Shown piece after piece: positions 20,824-31,214 of a DNA stretch of 64,000 nt. The position numbers and the translations under genes were made by a program. The DNA is from Parcubacteria group bacterium Gr01-1014_31 (GTDB lineage Bacteria; Patescibacteriota; Patescibacteriia; Buchananbacterales; GWA2-38-13), in the NCBI GenBank assembly GCA_007376135.1, contig VMFR01000001.1, forward strand, positions 142,554 through 206,553. Direction: 5' to 3'. Under the pieces are notes generated by a model, which did not search any database, was not told the origin of the DNA, and was given only the letters and a program-made list of their open reading frames with translations. How positions within the stretch are numbered: position 1 is the stretch's first letter; every line of letters starts with the position of its first letter.

Positions 20824-22164
20824 TTATTGAGTAGTCGCCCGGCCAACGCCGTAATACGTGAATCCTGCGCCCTGTGCCGCCGCGCGATCGATAATATTGC
20901 GTCCATCGAAAATGATCGGTGTGGCAACGGCTTTCCGTAGCCGCGCGAGATCCATGGTTGCGAATTCGTCCCATTCGGTGCATACCACCAGCGCCTCGGC
21001 GCCGTCCGCCGCCGCATACACGTCCGCACAGTACCGTACGTTCGGCAATACGCGCTTGGCCTTGCTCGTTGCCTGCGGATCGTACGCCGTCACGATCGCG
21101 CCGGATTTCCCGAGCGCAGCCATCAAGCGAATGGCGGGAGCATTCCGGATGTCGTCGGTATTCGCCTTGAAAGCGATGCCAAGGATCGCGATCCGTTTCC
21201 CATCAAGCACCCAGAGCTCGCGCTCAATGCGCTGCAAAAACCGCTGATAGGCGTGATCGTTGATGCGCTCCACCGCCGTGATAAGCGAAGCGTCGGCGCC
21301 CAATGTTTCCAGAGTATGCCGGAACGCCGCGATATCTTTCGGAAAACAACTGCCGCCGAATCCGATGCCCGGGCGCAGGAACTCGCGGCCGATTCGGCGG
21401 TCCAAACCGATGCCGTGCAGCACCTCATGGGCGTCGGCGCCGCCGGCTTCGCAGGCCTCCGCCATCAGGTTCGCGAACGAGATCTTGGTTGCCAGCAATG
21501 AATTGGCGCCGTGCTTGATGAGTTCGGCGCTGCGGATGGATACCTCGCACAGTTCCGCCGAAGTCCGCGACAGGATCGGGGCATAGACCCGACGCATCAG
21601 CGTGCGCGCACGGTCCGTGGAGGCGCCGACGACGATCCTCTCGGGATTCAGCGTGTCCTGGACCGCGGAGCCCTCGCGGAGGAATTCGGGGTTGGAAACC
21701 ACGTCGAATTCCTTTGCTCTGGGGTTGTAGCGGCGAATGGTATCGGCCACCTTCTCCGCCGTACGGACCGGCACCGTGCTTTTGTCGACAATGACCCGGT
21801 AATCCGCGGGTAGGGCGCGGGCGATCTCTTTTGCCACCTGCTCCACGTAGCGGAGGTCAGCCTGGCCATCGGCTTTGGGCGGCGTGTTCACGCAAATAAA
21901 AATAGCCTCGCTCTCGCGCACGGCCTCATCGATACGGTCGGTGAAACGCAGGGTGCCTGCCGCCAGATTGCGTTGCATCATCGCTTCCAGACCCGGCTCA
22001 AAAATCGTCGGGGTCCCGCGGCGCAGGAGCGCCAATTTTTCGGGATCGTTGTCCACGCAAATGACGCGATGGCCCAGCTCGCCCAAGCAGACGCCGGTCG
22101 TCAATCCAACGTAACCGGCGCCAATGATACCGACGGTAACGGGTTGCGGCGTGGAAGTGGTCAT
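20824..22164 (-). CDS. ugd: UDP-glucose/GDP-mannose dehydrogenase
   Basis: GAGYVG, SNPEFLREG, GFGGSCFPKD, AFKANTDDIR. Confidence 0.93.
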   Translation of the reverse strand: MTTSTPQPVTVGIIGAGYVGLTTGVCLGELGHRVICVDNDPEKLALLRRGTPTIFEPGLEAMMQRNLAAGTLRFTDRIDEAVRESEAIFICVNTPPKADGQADLRYVEQVAKEIARALPADYRVIVDKSTVPVRTAEKVADTIRRYNPRAKEFDVVSNPEFLREGSAVQDTLNPERIVVGASTDRARTLMRRVYAPILSRTSAELCEVSIRSAELIKHGANSLLATKISFANLMAEACEAGGADAHEVLHGIGLDRRIGREFLRPGIGFGGSCFPKDIAAFRHTLETLGADASLITAVERINDHAYQRFLQRIERELWVLDGKRIAILGIAFKANTDDIRNAPAIRLMAALGKSGAIVTAYDPQATSKAKRVLPNVRYCADVYAAADGAEALVVCTEWDEFATMDLARLRKAVATPIIFDGRNIIDRAAAQGAGFTYYGVGRATTQ

Positions 22165-22208
22165 GGGGCGCATTGTACGTTCGACGTTGCCATAGTGTCA
22201 AACCGACA

Positions 22209-24047
22209 TCAGCTGAAGCGGATCACGCGGCCAGGCGCCAGCGGCTGCGGTCCGCTGGTCGGCGGGGTGGGAGGTTGCGGACGGACCGGCACAGCCGGGG
22301 ACGGCTCGGTCGAAAGTACGCGCTTGGGCGACTCTGGGGTGGTTAACGGCCGCTCGTTGGCTTCCGGCTTGCGCCGGCGCCCGGAGAACGAAACGGGTTC
22401 GGCGCGCAGCGCTTCCGCCAAGCTGATCTCCTGGATGGGCTGCGGCACCACTTCCTGAGCCTCGCCGCTCTGGAGCGCGTTTTCGCGCTGAAGTTTGAAA
22501 CATTTCTTGCAATACACTGGGCGGATGCCGTCGGGTTTGAAACCGACCTCGACCGGAGTGCCGCATTCATAGCAATCCACCATGAAGCGCGGTTTTACCG
22601 GCACGGCGGGCGCAGCCGCAGGTTCGGTATTTACCCGCGGACGCGCCGTTGTCCGTTCGACGGGCGCCTCCGCCGAAACCGGAGTTCTGACGGCGCGGAT
22701 GACCGGGACAGCCGGGGCAGCCTCGACCCTCTCTCCCTCCTCGTCGTCCGCGACCATGCCGCTCCAACGCGCGATCTTGTCCTCGACGATCTCGCGCGGT
22801 TTACCGTACCGTTCTCGAGTGGCATGGATGATCTTATCGACGTTCCCGGCCTCCTTGGCCCAGTGTTCCAGTGGCGGCAAGGTGGTCGCGGAGAACGGAT
22901 TAGACGCGACCCCGTCGATCATGAGTTTCAGGTAAATGTCGTACTTAGCGAGGTTGACCAAATCCTCCTCATCGAAATAGGGAGCAAATTCCGTGGCCAT
23001 GAACTCCGCATCACCGGCGCCAACGCGGAACGACATGATCGTGCCGACGTTACCGAACACCGCCGCCTGGATCTCTTCCTCGACCTGCTCGACGTACTGG
23101 TGCGCAATGATGAGATTTAACCGGTATTTGCGCGCTTCGGACAAAATGTTCGCAAAACTTTCCGTAGCGAAATTTTGGAATTCGTCGACGTAGAGATAAA
23201 AATCCTTGCGTTCGCGTTCGGGAATGTCGATGCGGCTCATCGCCGCCAGCTGGATCTTGGTGATCATCATCGCCCCCATCAAAGCGGAGGCGTCTTCGCC
23301 CAGGCGGCCCTTGGAAAGGTTCATGATGAGGATCTTCTGGTTATCCATCACCTCGCGGATGTCAAAACTCGTGCGTACCTGCCCGACAATGTTGCGAATG
23401 AGTGCGGTCGACAAGAACTGCCCGACCTTGTTCTGAATGGGGGCAATGGCCTCGGCCTGGAAACGGTCAGGGTATTTAGAATACTCGTCGACCCAGAATG
23501 AGCGCACCACCGGGTCCTTGATCTTGGCGATGACCTTCTTGCGGTAATTCTTGTCTACCAGAATGCGCAGCACGCCCAGCAGCGTGCTGCCGGGGTAATC
23601 AAGGAGCGCCAGGATCGCGTTGCGCAGCACGTACTCGAGCCGCGGCCCCCAGGAGTCGGCCCACAATTTTTTGAACACACCAACCAGGCCAGAGGCGGTA
23701 AGATGTTTATGCTGTTCATTCGCTGACTCCATCACGTTCAGCGAGATGGGAAAATCCATGTCAGCGGGGTTGAAGTAAACGACATCGTTGATGCGGCTGG
23801 TCGGTATGTATTTGATGATCTTCTCCGCAAAATCACCGTGCGGATCCACCACTGCGACACCCTCCCCATTGATGATGTCCTGCACCACCATGTTCTCCAA
23901 TACCGTTGATTTCCCCATGCCGGTCTTTCCGATCAGGTACATATGCCGCCGGCGGTCGTCTTTCTTGATACCAAACTTCAACTTCTGGTTACGGAAGTTG
24001 GTCATCCCGAAGTACACGATACGCTGTTCAGATGGAAGGGGGTTCAT
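22209..24047 (-). CDS. TraD/VirD4-like (HerA-FtsK superfamily) ATPase with C-terminal CxxC-x17-CxxC Zn finger
   Basis: GKTGMGKS, DPHGD, YVDEFQNF, EARKYRL; CYEC...PVYCKKCF. Confidence 0.85.
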   Translation of the reverse strand: MNPLPSEQRIVYFGMTNFRNQKLKFGIKKDDRRRHMYLIGKTGMGKSTVLENMVVQDIINGEGVAVVDPHGDFAEKIIKYIPTSRINDVVYFNPADMDFPISLNVMESANEQHKHLTASGLVGVFKKLWADSWGPRLEYVLRNAILALLDYPGSTLLGVLRILVDKNYRKKVIAKIKDPVVRSFWVDEYSKYPDRFQAEAIAPIQNKVGQFLSTALIRNIVGQVRTSFDIREVMDNQKILIMNLSKGRLGEDASALMGAMMITKIQLAAMSRIDIPERERKDFYLYVDEFQNFATESFANILSEARKYRLNLIIAHQYVEQVEEEIQAAVFGNVGTIMSFRVGAGDAEFMATEFAPYFDEEDLVNLAKYDIYLKLMIDGVASNPFSATTLPPLEHWAKEAGNVDKIIHATRERYGKPREIVEDKIARWSGMVADDEEGERVEAAPAVPVIRAVRTPVSAEAPVERTTARPRVNTEPAAAPAVPVKPRFMVDCYECGTPVEVGFKPDGIRPVYCKKCFKLQRENALQSGEAQEVVPQPIQEISLAEALRAEPVSFSGRRRKPEANERPLTTPESPKRVLSTEPSPAVPVRPQPPTPPTSGPQPLAPGRVIRFS

Positions 24048-25393
24048 ACCGTAGGCCCGGAAGGCGGGCCGGAGGGGGGTTCAAATGGCGCCACCGGTAA
24101 GCCTATCGGCGGTTCCGCACGCTTGGCCTCAGTGCGCTTGACCTGGGGAGTTTTGACGGTTATGGCTGGAAAGTGCCAAATGGTCGCGAGCTCCTCGGTA
24201 TTGAGGATCTCACCGTAGTAGCCTGGGGCATACTGACGAGCGCGTAGGCGATACCACCGCATCAGTTTATTCTTGCGCGCGTTTACCCGTTGGGTCTTAA
24301 ATAACCCATAGGCCTTGGTCATTTTTTTCTTATTAGGTTTGAAGCCGTTCATCTCGAGCGTGTTGAACTGCTTGATGGCCCCAAACAGGGCACTTCCCCG
24401 GGTGGCCTTACTGAAAGCGTATGTGCGGGCAATGTAGATCAGCCTGATTCGAGTATGAAAACCGATTTTACCTATCTTGTGCTCGATCGATTCTACGACG
24501 GAACGCTTTCCTGGTGGAAGATGAAGCATTTGGCTCGCCGGGATCAAGGTTTTTACCTTGCCGTCCGTTTGGCCACCTGTGCTTAACCCGCTAGCGACGG
24601 TACCGATGAGCTCCATGGGGAGGGTCAATAGTTTTTCCCACCACCGTTTGGGTGCTTCGTACCGAGCACCGATCAACTTGGCAACCAACGCCTGACCCGG
24701 ATGGCCCCAGTCGTTATTGGCTGGGGTAATGACAATTTGCAACCACGCCTGCTCATCAGGGTTAAGCTTGGCAAAAATTTCCAAAATGCTGGCCATGGGG
24801 TCCTTGAACTCACCGGAAACGGAGTCTTCGAACTCGCGATAGGTTCTGATCGGGTAGTACTGCTTATTTGTGAGTTTCAGTTCAGCCCCCCACATGTTGT
24901 AGCGGTCATTGGGAAACTTTATCCCACGCCAGCGCATCGCATAATCCTCAACCTCGGTAATCTCAGCTTCCGGGTATTGGGCGTAGACGGCCGCTTCGAC
25001 CAAATCGCGGAATTGTTCTGGCACGTGCATAAGGAATTGCACATACCCGCCGAAACTGACGATTTCCAACCCGATGGATTCTTCCATCTCACCAGCGATC
25101 CATTTATCCTCACGCTTTGGGTCGTTGTGCATGCCAGAAAAATGAGAAAAAATCTGCTCAACCGCCCGTGGTGTTTGCTCGGTGCTGCGAGGCACGTCGA
25201 ATGCCAACACGACATATTTCCTTTTGGCATCGTAGATGCCGCGCCGCCACTCGAGCCACATTGCCGCCCCGATGAACCCGGCCCAGGGCAACAGAAAAAC
25301 CCAGCCCCCATGGCCGAGCACCCACAGTGCCGCCGAGACTGGGTTTTCCGCCGCTGCGGCGGCAAACCCGGCAAAATCGATCGTGAAATTCAT
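24044..25393 (-). CDS. Membrane-anchored partner of the TraD-like ATPase (conserved CPR hypothetical)
   Basis: N-terminal TM, VEAAVYAQYPEAEITEVEDY, ILNTEELATIWHFP; translationally coupled to the ATPase. Confidence 0.7.
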   Translation of the reverse strand: MNFTIDFAGFAAAAAENPVSAALWVLGHGGWVFLLPWAGFIGAAMWLEWRRGIYDAKRKYVVLAFDVPRSTEQTPRAVEQIFSHFSGMHNDPKREDKWIAGEMEESIGLEIVSFGGYVQFLMHVPEQFRDLVEAAVYAQYPEAEITEVEDYAMRWRGIKFPNDRYNMWGAELKLTNKQYYPIRTYREFEDSVSGEFKDPMASILEIFAKLNPDEQAWLQIVITPANNDWGHPGQALVAKLIGARYEAPKRWWEKLLTLPMELIGTVASGLSTGGQTDGKVKTLIPASQMLHLPPGKRSVVESIEHKIGKIGFHTRIRLIYIARTYAFSKATRGSALFGAIKQFNTLEMNGFKPNKKKMTKAYGLFKTQRVNARKNKLMRWYRLRARQYAPGYYGEILNTEELATIWHFPAITVKTPQVKRTEAKRAEPPIGLPVAPFEPPSGPPSGPTV

Positions 25394-25464
25394 AGCCGGT
25401 GGCGGCACGCACGCCCACCCATGTTCGGCGGCGCGCCGACTTTTGCGTTTGTTTTTTATTACGG

Positions 25465-26628
25465 TTAGGCCTTGCCCGTTTTGAGCTGGTAGCGGTCGCC
25501 AACTTTGATGAAACGATCTTTGTTCGTCAATGCCAGATAAATCGTGCTTTTGCGCACCAAGCGACGCTTGCCGACCTCGCCGACGACCTCGTCGCGCGTC
25601 AGCGGGCGCTGGGCATCAGTGAGTACTTGGGCGACCACGTCGCTGACCGTGCCGGGCTGGTACCCCCACTCTTTGAGGGCGTAGATACCGCGGCCGACCA
25701 ATACGTACCGCTCATCCAGGATCAGCTCGTTGTGAATGGTCGCGGGGTACGCGACCTTATGGTCAAATTTCGCCTGATTGATCTGGTTGGTGATCTCGGT
25801 GAAATGCAGCGGCTTACCGCCCTGCTTGAGAATCAAGTAAATCTTATCACCCATTCGCCGCGGCCGCACGGTCGCCCAATGCGCAAGTCCCCATTCTCCC
25901 AGAAGGTTTTGCTCAATGCGGCGGCTGATGGTGAGGTAGGAATGCAAGATCCTATCCAGCGCCTCTTCCTCATCGTCGACGGCAACGGCTCCGACCGGCA
26001 AGAACCGCTGCCGGTTCTCCTTGAAAAAATCATGCTGCTTGAAAGAGGAGATCAACTCTTCCAGGCGGAAAACGCGCTGCTGCTCTTCAATAATGCGAGC
26101 GAATACCTCCAGGACTTGATGCACGAACTCGACATCAAGCAAGCGAAGCTTCCAGCCCGGGTACAAATGGTCGCTGGACCGGACGCGGTCGACGTGGTCG
26201 GTCAGCAGCTGGGACAAAACAAACCCCGTGGACTGCTGGTGCTGGCTGCCGTTCCCCAAATGCGACAAAAGTTCGTCGTACAGCTGCGAACCCTCGATGA
26301 TGCCTCCGTACTCGTGTAAAAGCCTGGTCACCGTATGCTGGAGGATGTCCAGTTTCTCTTTTGCCTGTGCCAGCGTGCGGATCTTGCGAACCGCAGCGCT
26401 CTGGATCTGACGGATACGCTCCCGGGTGATCTGAAAATTTTTGCCGATCTCTTCCAGTGTTTGAACCGGGGTGCCATCCAAACCGAACCGGCGCGAAACG
26501 ACTTCGCGCTCTTTGGGGCTCAACTCTTTGAGCAGCTCGGAAATGATCTCAGAAGGGTTGAAAAGGCTGGCCTCCTGAATATTCCGACTCTCGATGATTT
26601 GGTCCAGAATTGACTTTGGCGGGTTCAT
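25465..26628 (-). CDS. Sigma70 region-4 HTH protein with C-terminal winged-helix (HARE-HTH/RNAP delta-like) domains
   Basis: RRFGL..QTLEEIGKNFQITRERIRQI; GKPLHFTEI...TIHNELILDERYVLVGRGIYALKEWGY. Confidence 0.8.
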   Translation of the reverse strand: MNPPKSILDQIIESRNIQEASLFNPSEIISELLKELSPKEREVVSRRFGLDGTPVQTLEEIGKNFQITRERIRQIQSAAVRKIRTLAQAKEKLDILQHTVTRLLHEYGGIIEGSQLYDELLSHLGNGSQHQQSTGFVLSQLLTDHVDRVRSSDHLYPGWKLRLLDVEFVHQVLEVFARIIEEQQRVFRLEELISSFKQHDFFKENRQRFLPVGAVAVDDEEEALDRILHSYLTISRRIEQNLLGEWGLAHWATVRPRRMGDKIYLILKQGGKPLHFTEITNQINQAKFDHKVAYPATIHNELILDERYVLVGRGIYALKEWGYQPGTVSDVVAQVLTDAQRPLTRDEVVGEVGKRRLVRKSTIYLALTNKDRFIKVGDRYQLKTGKA

Positions 26629-26682
26629 ACTAAAAATTGCTCTATCAAGCGAAAAATACTACTATAATGATTTTATGGTGTA

Positions 26683-26711
26683 AATATAGCATAAAGTTGA
26701 TTATTAGTCAA
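26683..26711 (-). promoter_or_regulatory. Promoter TTGACT-N17-TATATT (extended -10) for the sigma-HTH gene
   Basis: Near-consensus elements in an AT-rich intergenic region. Confidence 0.55.
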
Positions 26712-26722
26712 GAAATCAGTTT

Positions 26723-26758
26723 AAAAAATCTTCCGGAATTTTTTTCCGGAAGATTTTT
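26723..26758. terminator. Bidirectional terminator after secF
   Basis: AAAAATCTTCCGGAA-ttttt-TTCCGGAAGATTTTT palindrome. Confidence 0.75.
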
Positions 26759-26773
26759 ATTCAATGTTTGAAT

Positions 26774-27673
26774 TTAATGTTTGCGGTGATGCCGAAGACG
26801 CTGGGCTTCAACCAACAGCGGGCAGGCAACGAAGATCGACGAGTAGGTGCCAATGACAATCCCGATGATCAGGGCGAGGGCGAAATCGCGGATCGTTTCA
26901 CCGCCGAACGTGAGAATAACCAGCAGCGTCAGCAGCGTGGGCAGTGCCGTATTGGTCGAACGGACGATCGTCTGCCGAATGCTGGTTTCCACCAATTCGT
27001 CGAAATTCGCCGCCGGGTGATGCAGTAGATTGTCGCGTACGCGGTCAAAAACAACGATGGTGTCGTTTACCGAGTACCCAAACACCGTCAGCAGCGCCGC
27101 AACGAACGGAGCATTCACCTCAAGTCCGTAGAAGTAGCCAAGGGCTGCGAAAATGCCAATGGTGATGACGAGGTCGTGGACCAGGGCCAGAATTGCAATG
27201 GAGCCGTACTGCCATGATGGCACGGGGCGGTGGACTTTCCGGAACGCCAAACTGATGTAGGTGATCATACCGACGACCGCCAGCACGACGGCCCATAATG
27301 TTTTCCGCCGCAGTTCATCGCCGATCGTCGGACCGACCGCATCAAAACGCTGTTCCTCGGCTCCCGGGAAATCCTTGGCCAAACGATCGAAAAGCTGCTG
27401 GTGGACGGCTTGGGTGACGTGTGGGAAGCGCACCATTATCCCCTGTTCACCGATGGGCTGCACCGTCACGCTGACCTCGCCGGAGACCTCCTGCACGATC
27501 TGCCGCACATCCGCGACGCTCGGGCGCTGTGGAAAAGTGACTTCCAAAAGGCTGCCCCCGGTAAAGTCGATGCCAAGGCGCAGCTGCCATCTGAGGATGG
27601 CGGCGACGCTTAACCCGACCAGCAGGACCGAGAGAATGAACCAGGCTTTCCGTTTCGCGATAATGGCAAACAT
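26774..27673 (-). CDS. secF: Protein translocase subunit SecF
   Basis: LGIDFTGGS, VGPTIG, GYSVNDTIVVFDRVR. Confidence 0.96.
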   Translation of the reverse strand: MFAIIAKRKAWFILSVLLVGLSVAAILRWQLRLGIDFTGGSLLEVTFPQRPSVADVRQIVQEVSGEVSVTVQPIGEQGIMVRFPHVTQAVHQQLFDRLAKDFPGAEEQRFDAVGPTIGDELRRKTLWAVVLAVVGMITYISLAFRKVHRPVPSWQYGSIAILALVHDLVITIGIFAALGYFYGLEVNAPFVAALLTVFGYSVNDTIVVFDRVRDNLLHHPAANFDELVETSIRQTIVRSTNTALPTLLTLLVILTFGGETIRDFALALIIGIVIGTYSSIFVACPLLVEAQRLRHHRKH

Positions 27674-27676
27674 ACA

Positions 27677-29323
27677 CTAGGCGTGAGGCAACGAGCGCGT
27701 GTTCACCCCATACAACCAAAAGAAACGGCGGGGGTTCCGACGCGGCTGGAACAACTGCAGCAGCACGTGAGATACGACCATCGCCGTGAAAATGTTCACA
27801 AAGATACCGAGCGCCAGGGTGATAGCGAAGCCCTTGACGATGCTGGTAGAGAACCACATCAGAATCAGGCTGGTCAGCAACGTGGAGGCGTTCGAGTCGC
27901 GAATCGACGGCCAGGCGCGGGAATACCCGATCGCAATGGCCTTCTCCAAAGCGTTGCCCGCGCGTAATTCTTCCTTGAGGCGCTCGAAAGTCAGGATGTT
28001 GGCATCCACCGCCATGCCCAGGCTCAGCACGAACCCGGCGATACCGGCCAAGGTCATCGTCACCGGGATAAATTTGAACAAGGCCAGAAGCAGCAGCCCG
28101 TATAACACCAGCGACAAGCTCGCCAACACGCCCGGCCAGCGATAGACCAGGACCAGGTAGACAATCACCAGCAATAAACCGAACGCGCCGGCGTTCAGGC
28201 TTTTAGTCACCGCCACCTGCCCAAGCGTCGCCCCGACCGCCTGCTGGGAAATAATGGTGATCGGCACCGGCAGCGCGCCGGCGTTCAGGCGCTCTTTCAG
28301 CTGTTTGGCCTCGGCGATCGTAAAATTACCGGAAATTACGGCACTCCCGGACGAAATGACGTCGCGTACGACCGGGCTGCTGATCTCCACTCCATCCAAG
28401 AAAATACCGACGGGGCGCCCAAGGTTCTTGCGGGTGATCTCGGCAAACAGTTTGCCGCCTTCGCTATTGAATTGCAACGACACCTGCGGTTCTCCCGTCT
28501 GCGGGTCAAAGGTGACCGTCGAACGCTGCAAGTGAGCTCCGCCCAGTTCAGTATTCACCCACGGCGTGCCCGAGGATGATGGCGCGGTCTGATACAAAAT
28601 GTGACTGCAGTGGGCTTCCAGCTGGTCCCCGCTGTCGCGGCGCTCGAGCACCTTGATGATGTGGTAGCCGAACTGCGACCGTACCAGCGTTGGATACACG
28701 GCGTTGACCTTTCCGGTCCGAAAACAAACATCCTCGAATTCCGGGACGAATACTCCCAGCTGCACCCAGCCCAGATCGCCGCCCTGCTCGGCGGAACCGT
28801 CGTCCGACTGTTCACGCGCCAGCGCGGCGAAATCCGCACCGGGCTTGATCGCCGCCGTCAAACCGGCGGTCGCGCGAGATTTCACCGTTTCATCCTCCGC
28901 CGCCGGGGTAGCCGTTGCGCTGCCCACCTCCTTAAATTCCAACCGAGGCGTTTCGTCGATCAGATCGATGGCGGCCGCTACATCCGTCACGCCCGGCAAT
29001 TCCACGATGACGCGCCACTCCTGGCCGCTGCGGGCAGTCTGCACGACCGCTTCGGAAACGCCAAAAATATTCACCCGCCGCTCGATCACGTCGCGCACAC
29101 CCTCCAGGGCACCGCTCGCCTCGCCGGCGGGCACCTTGGAAATGTCCGCGGTGTAGATCAGCTGCACGCCGCCCTGCAAGTCCAAGCCCAGGCGGTAGGG
29201 TTTCACCAGGCTTGCCGGGAGCGCGCGTCCACCCGGCAGTTGCGGAAAATCCAACAACGCCGCCAGGATCGCTAAAATAAAAATGCCCAGGCACCCCAGG
29301 CGAATTTTGGTTCGGCTGCTCAT
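27677..29323 (-). CDS. secD: Protein translocase subunit SecD with inserted parvulin PPIase domain
   Basis: LGLDLQGG, IERRVN.FGVSE, GMAVDANIL.FER; insert FAALAREQSDD...GGDLGW...SQFGYHIIKV. Confidence 0.95.
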   Translation of the reverse strand: MSSRTKIRLGCLGIFILAILAALLDFPQLPGGRALPASLVKPYRLGLDLQGGVQLIYTADISKVPAGEASGALEGVRDVIERRVNIFGVSEAVVQTARSGQEWRVIVELPGVTDVAAAIDLIDETPRLEFKEVGSATATPAAEDETVKSRATAGLTAAIKPGADFAALAREQSDDGSAEQGGDLGWVQLGVFVPEFEDVCFRTGKVNAVYPTLVRSQFGYHIIKVLERRDSGDQLEAHCSHILYQTAPSSSGTPWVNTELGGAHLQRSTVTFDPQTGEPQVSLQFNSEGGKLFAEITRKNLGRPVGIFLDGVEISSPVVRDVISSGSAVISGNFTIAEAKQLKERLNAGALPVPITIISQQAVGATLGQVAVTKSLNAGAFGLLLVIVYLVLVYRWPGVLASLSLVLYGLLLLALFKFIPVTMTLAGIAGFVLSLGMAVDANILTFERLKEELRAGNALEKAIAIGYSRAWPSIRDSNASTLLTSLILMWFSTSIVKGFAITLALGIFVNIFTAMVVSHVLLQLFQPRRNPRRFFWLYGVNTRSLPHA

Positions 29324-29422
29324 GCGCTTAACAGTGCTTCGTGAGTTAAAAATCAGCGCCGCATGACGCTCTCCATTGGTCGCTATGCTAGCAAGATGTG
29401 CGCAGTTTGACAAGCCCCCGCC

Positions 29423-31150
29423 TTACTCGCGGGTGCCGACCGTCCCCGGCGGCGGGAAATCCAATTCGCGATCCCAATTGACCCGCCAGATCTTGAGTAG
29501 CGGACGACCGTCCGCCGCCGCAACGATCTGTGGGAAAACGTTCTGCCGTTGCGCCAAAGCGGAAAAGAATAAGTGGGTCACGCGAGTTTGTTCGTCGAAT
29601 GCGCCCTTGCTGTCCATCGCGGCCGGACCGACCTCCACATACCAGAGGGGCCGGCCCTTTCTCGCTTCAAAGACATTTTGCCAATTCAAGTAGGCAAAAA
29701 TTCCGGCGTTCACGAATGTTGCCTGGTCGGCGTACCACCCGTAGCGAAAGAGATACCAGTTGATCGGGAACCAGCTGATGCGGTTATCCAGCACGACGAA
29801 TTCTTGTTCCGGATTGGCGGCGTCCGCGATCTGCCGCTGGAACCAACTGAGCAACGAAGGATAATGCCGCGGCGTCAACGTGGTTGGGATGCGCTGCTGC
29901 CGCCATGATTCCCAGGCGGAAAATCCGACCGGTGCCGCCCAGAACGTTTGCACCAGCTGCGGTATCGGCTTGACCGCGGAGAGCGTGGGAAAACAGGCGG
30001 CCGCGGCAATAGCGATCGCCAACCCGGCAAGCGGGAAAGAATACTTTTTTGGCAGTAGCGAGATTCCGGCCCCGAAAGCCAAAGCGTAGAATGGCAACAG
30101 TACCGCACTGCGTCCAAAATCGTTCAACGTCACCAGGGCAAGGACCGCCCCGACCACCCCGGTCCCGATGCTGAATACCACGACGGACTCATTGAGGTGT
30201 ACTCTTCGCAGCAGCGCATACAGCCAGCCCATCAGCGCGCCAACGCTTGCCACCACCGTCAACCCCCGGGCCTGATTTCCCGCGAACGTCAGAATCTGCC
30301 GCGCATCGCCCTGCCACAGCGCTTGATGGCTTGCCGGCCAATCCTTGGAAGTGTCCTGACCGAGCAGACGGGCTAATTGCAGGTCGAAATGTCCGCGGAG
30401 AAGATAGAGCTGCCAATTATAGTAGGCTAACGGCAGCAGCAGCGCGATCAGAGCTCCGGGAGCGAACCAAAAACCGCGGCGGCGAAAGCAGCGCTGGCGG
30501 ACGAACGTCCACGCCAGCGGCAGCAGAACCAACGCCGCGGAATATTTGGTCAGTAATCCGGCCGCGACCGCCGTTCCGACGGCCGCCCAGCGCAGTGTGC
30601 TGTACCGGTCATCCGCCGTTCGGACGGCGCGGTCCGCCAGGAACATGGCCAGGACGATCCAAAAAATGACGCCGGATTCTTGGATGGCCTGGCGGGAAAT
30701 GAAGATATGCCAAGGGAGTACCGACAGCAGCATCCCGGCGGCCAATGCCGCGCCGCGATAGCCCCAGCGGCGCAGTAAGAGCATCAGCAGCGCGACCGCT
30801 CCCGCGCCATAGAGCGCTGACGGCAGGCGTACGACCCACAGCTTGATACCCAGCGCCCGCACGGCCAGCCAAATGGTCGCAAAGTGCAGGGGCGGGTGGT
30901 CGTTGAAGCTCAATTGCGTCCAAGCCGGCAATCGTTCCTCATCCTGAAACCAGATCCATGGCGTCCCGAGCACCGTAGAGAACATAAAATCATTCCACCC
31001 GATCGCGCGGATGGCGTAGTTCCCTTCGTCGGTGCGGACCTCGTCGCGGTCCAAATACACCACCCGCAACGTCAGCGCCAACACCACAATGCCCGCGAAC
31101 GCGAGCAGCCACCGCCGATGAATAGCGGGACCTTGGGGTGCAGCAGGCAT
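29423..31150 (-). CDS. GT-C fold glycosyltransferase (ArnT/PMT, GT39-like)
   Basis: DE motif after TM1, DHPPLH, VRLPSAL, LLTKYS. Confidence 0.8.
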   Translation of the reverse strand: MPAAPQGPAIHRRWLLAFAGIVVLALTLRVVYLDRDEVRTDEGNYAIRAIGWNDFMFSTVLGTPWIWFQDEERLPAWTQLSFNDHPPLHFATIWLAVRALGIKLWVVRLPSALYGAGAVALLMLLLRRWGYRGAALAAGMLLSVLPWHIFISRQAIQESGVIFWIVLAMFLADRAVRTADDRYSTLRWAAVGTAVAAGLLTKYSAALVLLPLAWTFVRQRCFRRRGFWFAPGALIALLLPLAYYNWQLYLLRGHFDLQLARLLGQDTSKDWPASHQALWQGDARQILTFAGNQARGLTVVASVGALMGWLYALLRRVHLNESVVVFSIGTGVVGAVLALVTLNDFGRSAVLLPFYALAFGAGISLLPKKYSFPLAGLAIAIAAAACFPTLSAVKPIPQLVQTFWAAPVGFSAWESWRQQRIPTTLTPRHYPSLLSWFQRQIADAANPEQEFVVLDNRISWFPINWYLFRYGWYADQATFVNAGIFAYLNWQNVFEARKGRPLWYVEVGPAAMDSKGAFDEQTRVTHLFFSALAQRQNVFPQIVAAADGRPLLKIWRVNWDRELDFPPPGTVGTRE

Positions 31151-31168
31151 ACCATCATGATAGCACGC

Positions 31169-31199
31169 AAAAAACCGCCCGTATCCGCGGGCGGTTTTT
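31169..31199. terminator. Intrinsic terminator after the cyclophilin gene
   Basis: AAAAAACCGCCCG-tatccg-CGGGCGGTTTTT. Confidence 0.75.
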
Positions 31200-31214
31200 C
31201 TTCAGCGCGGACGG

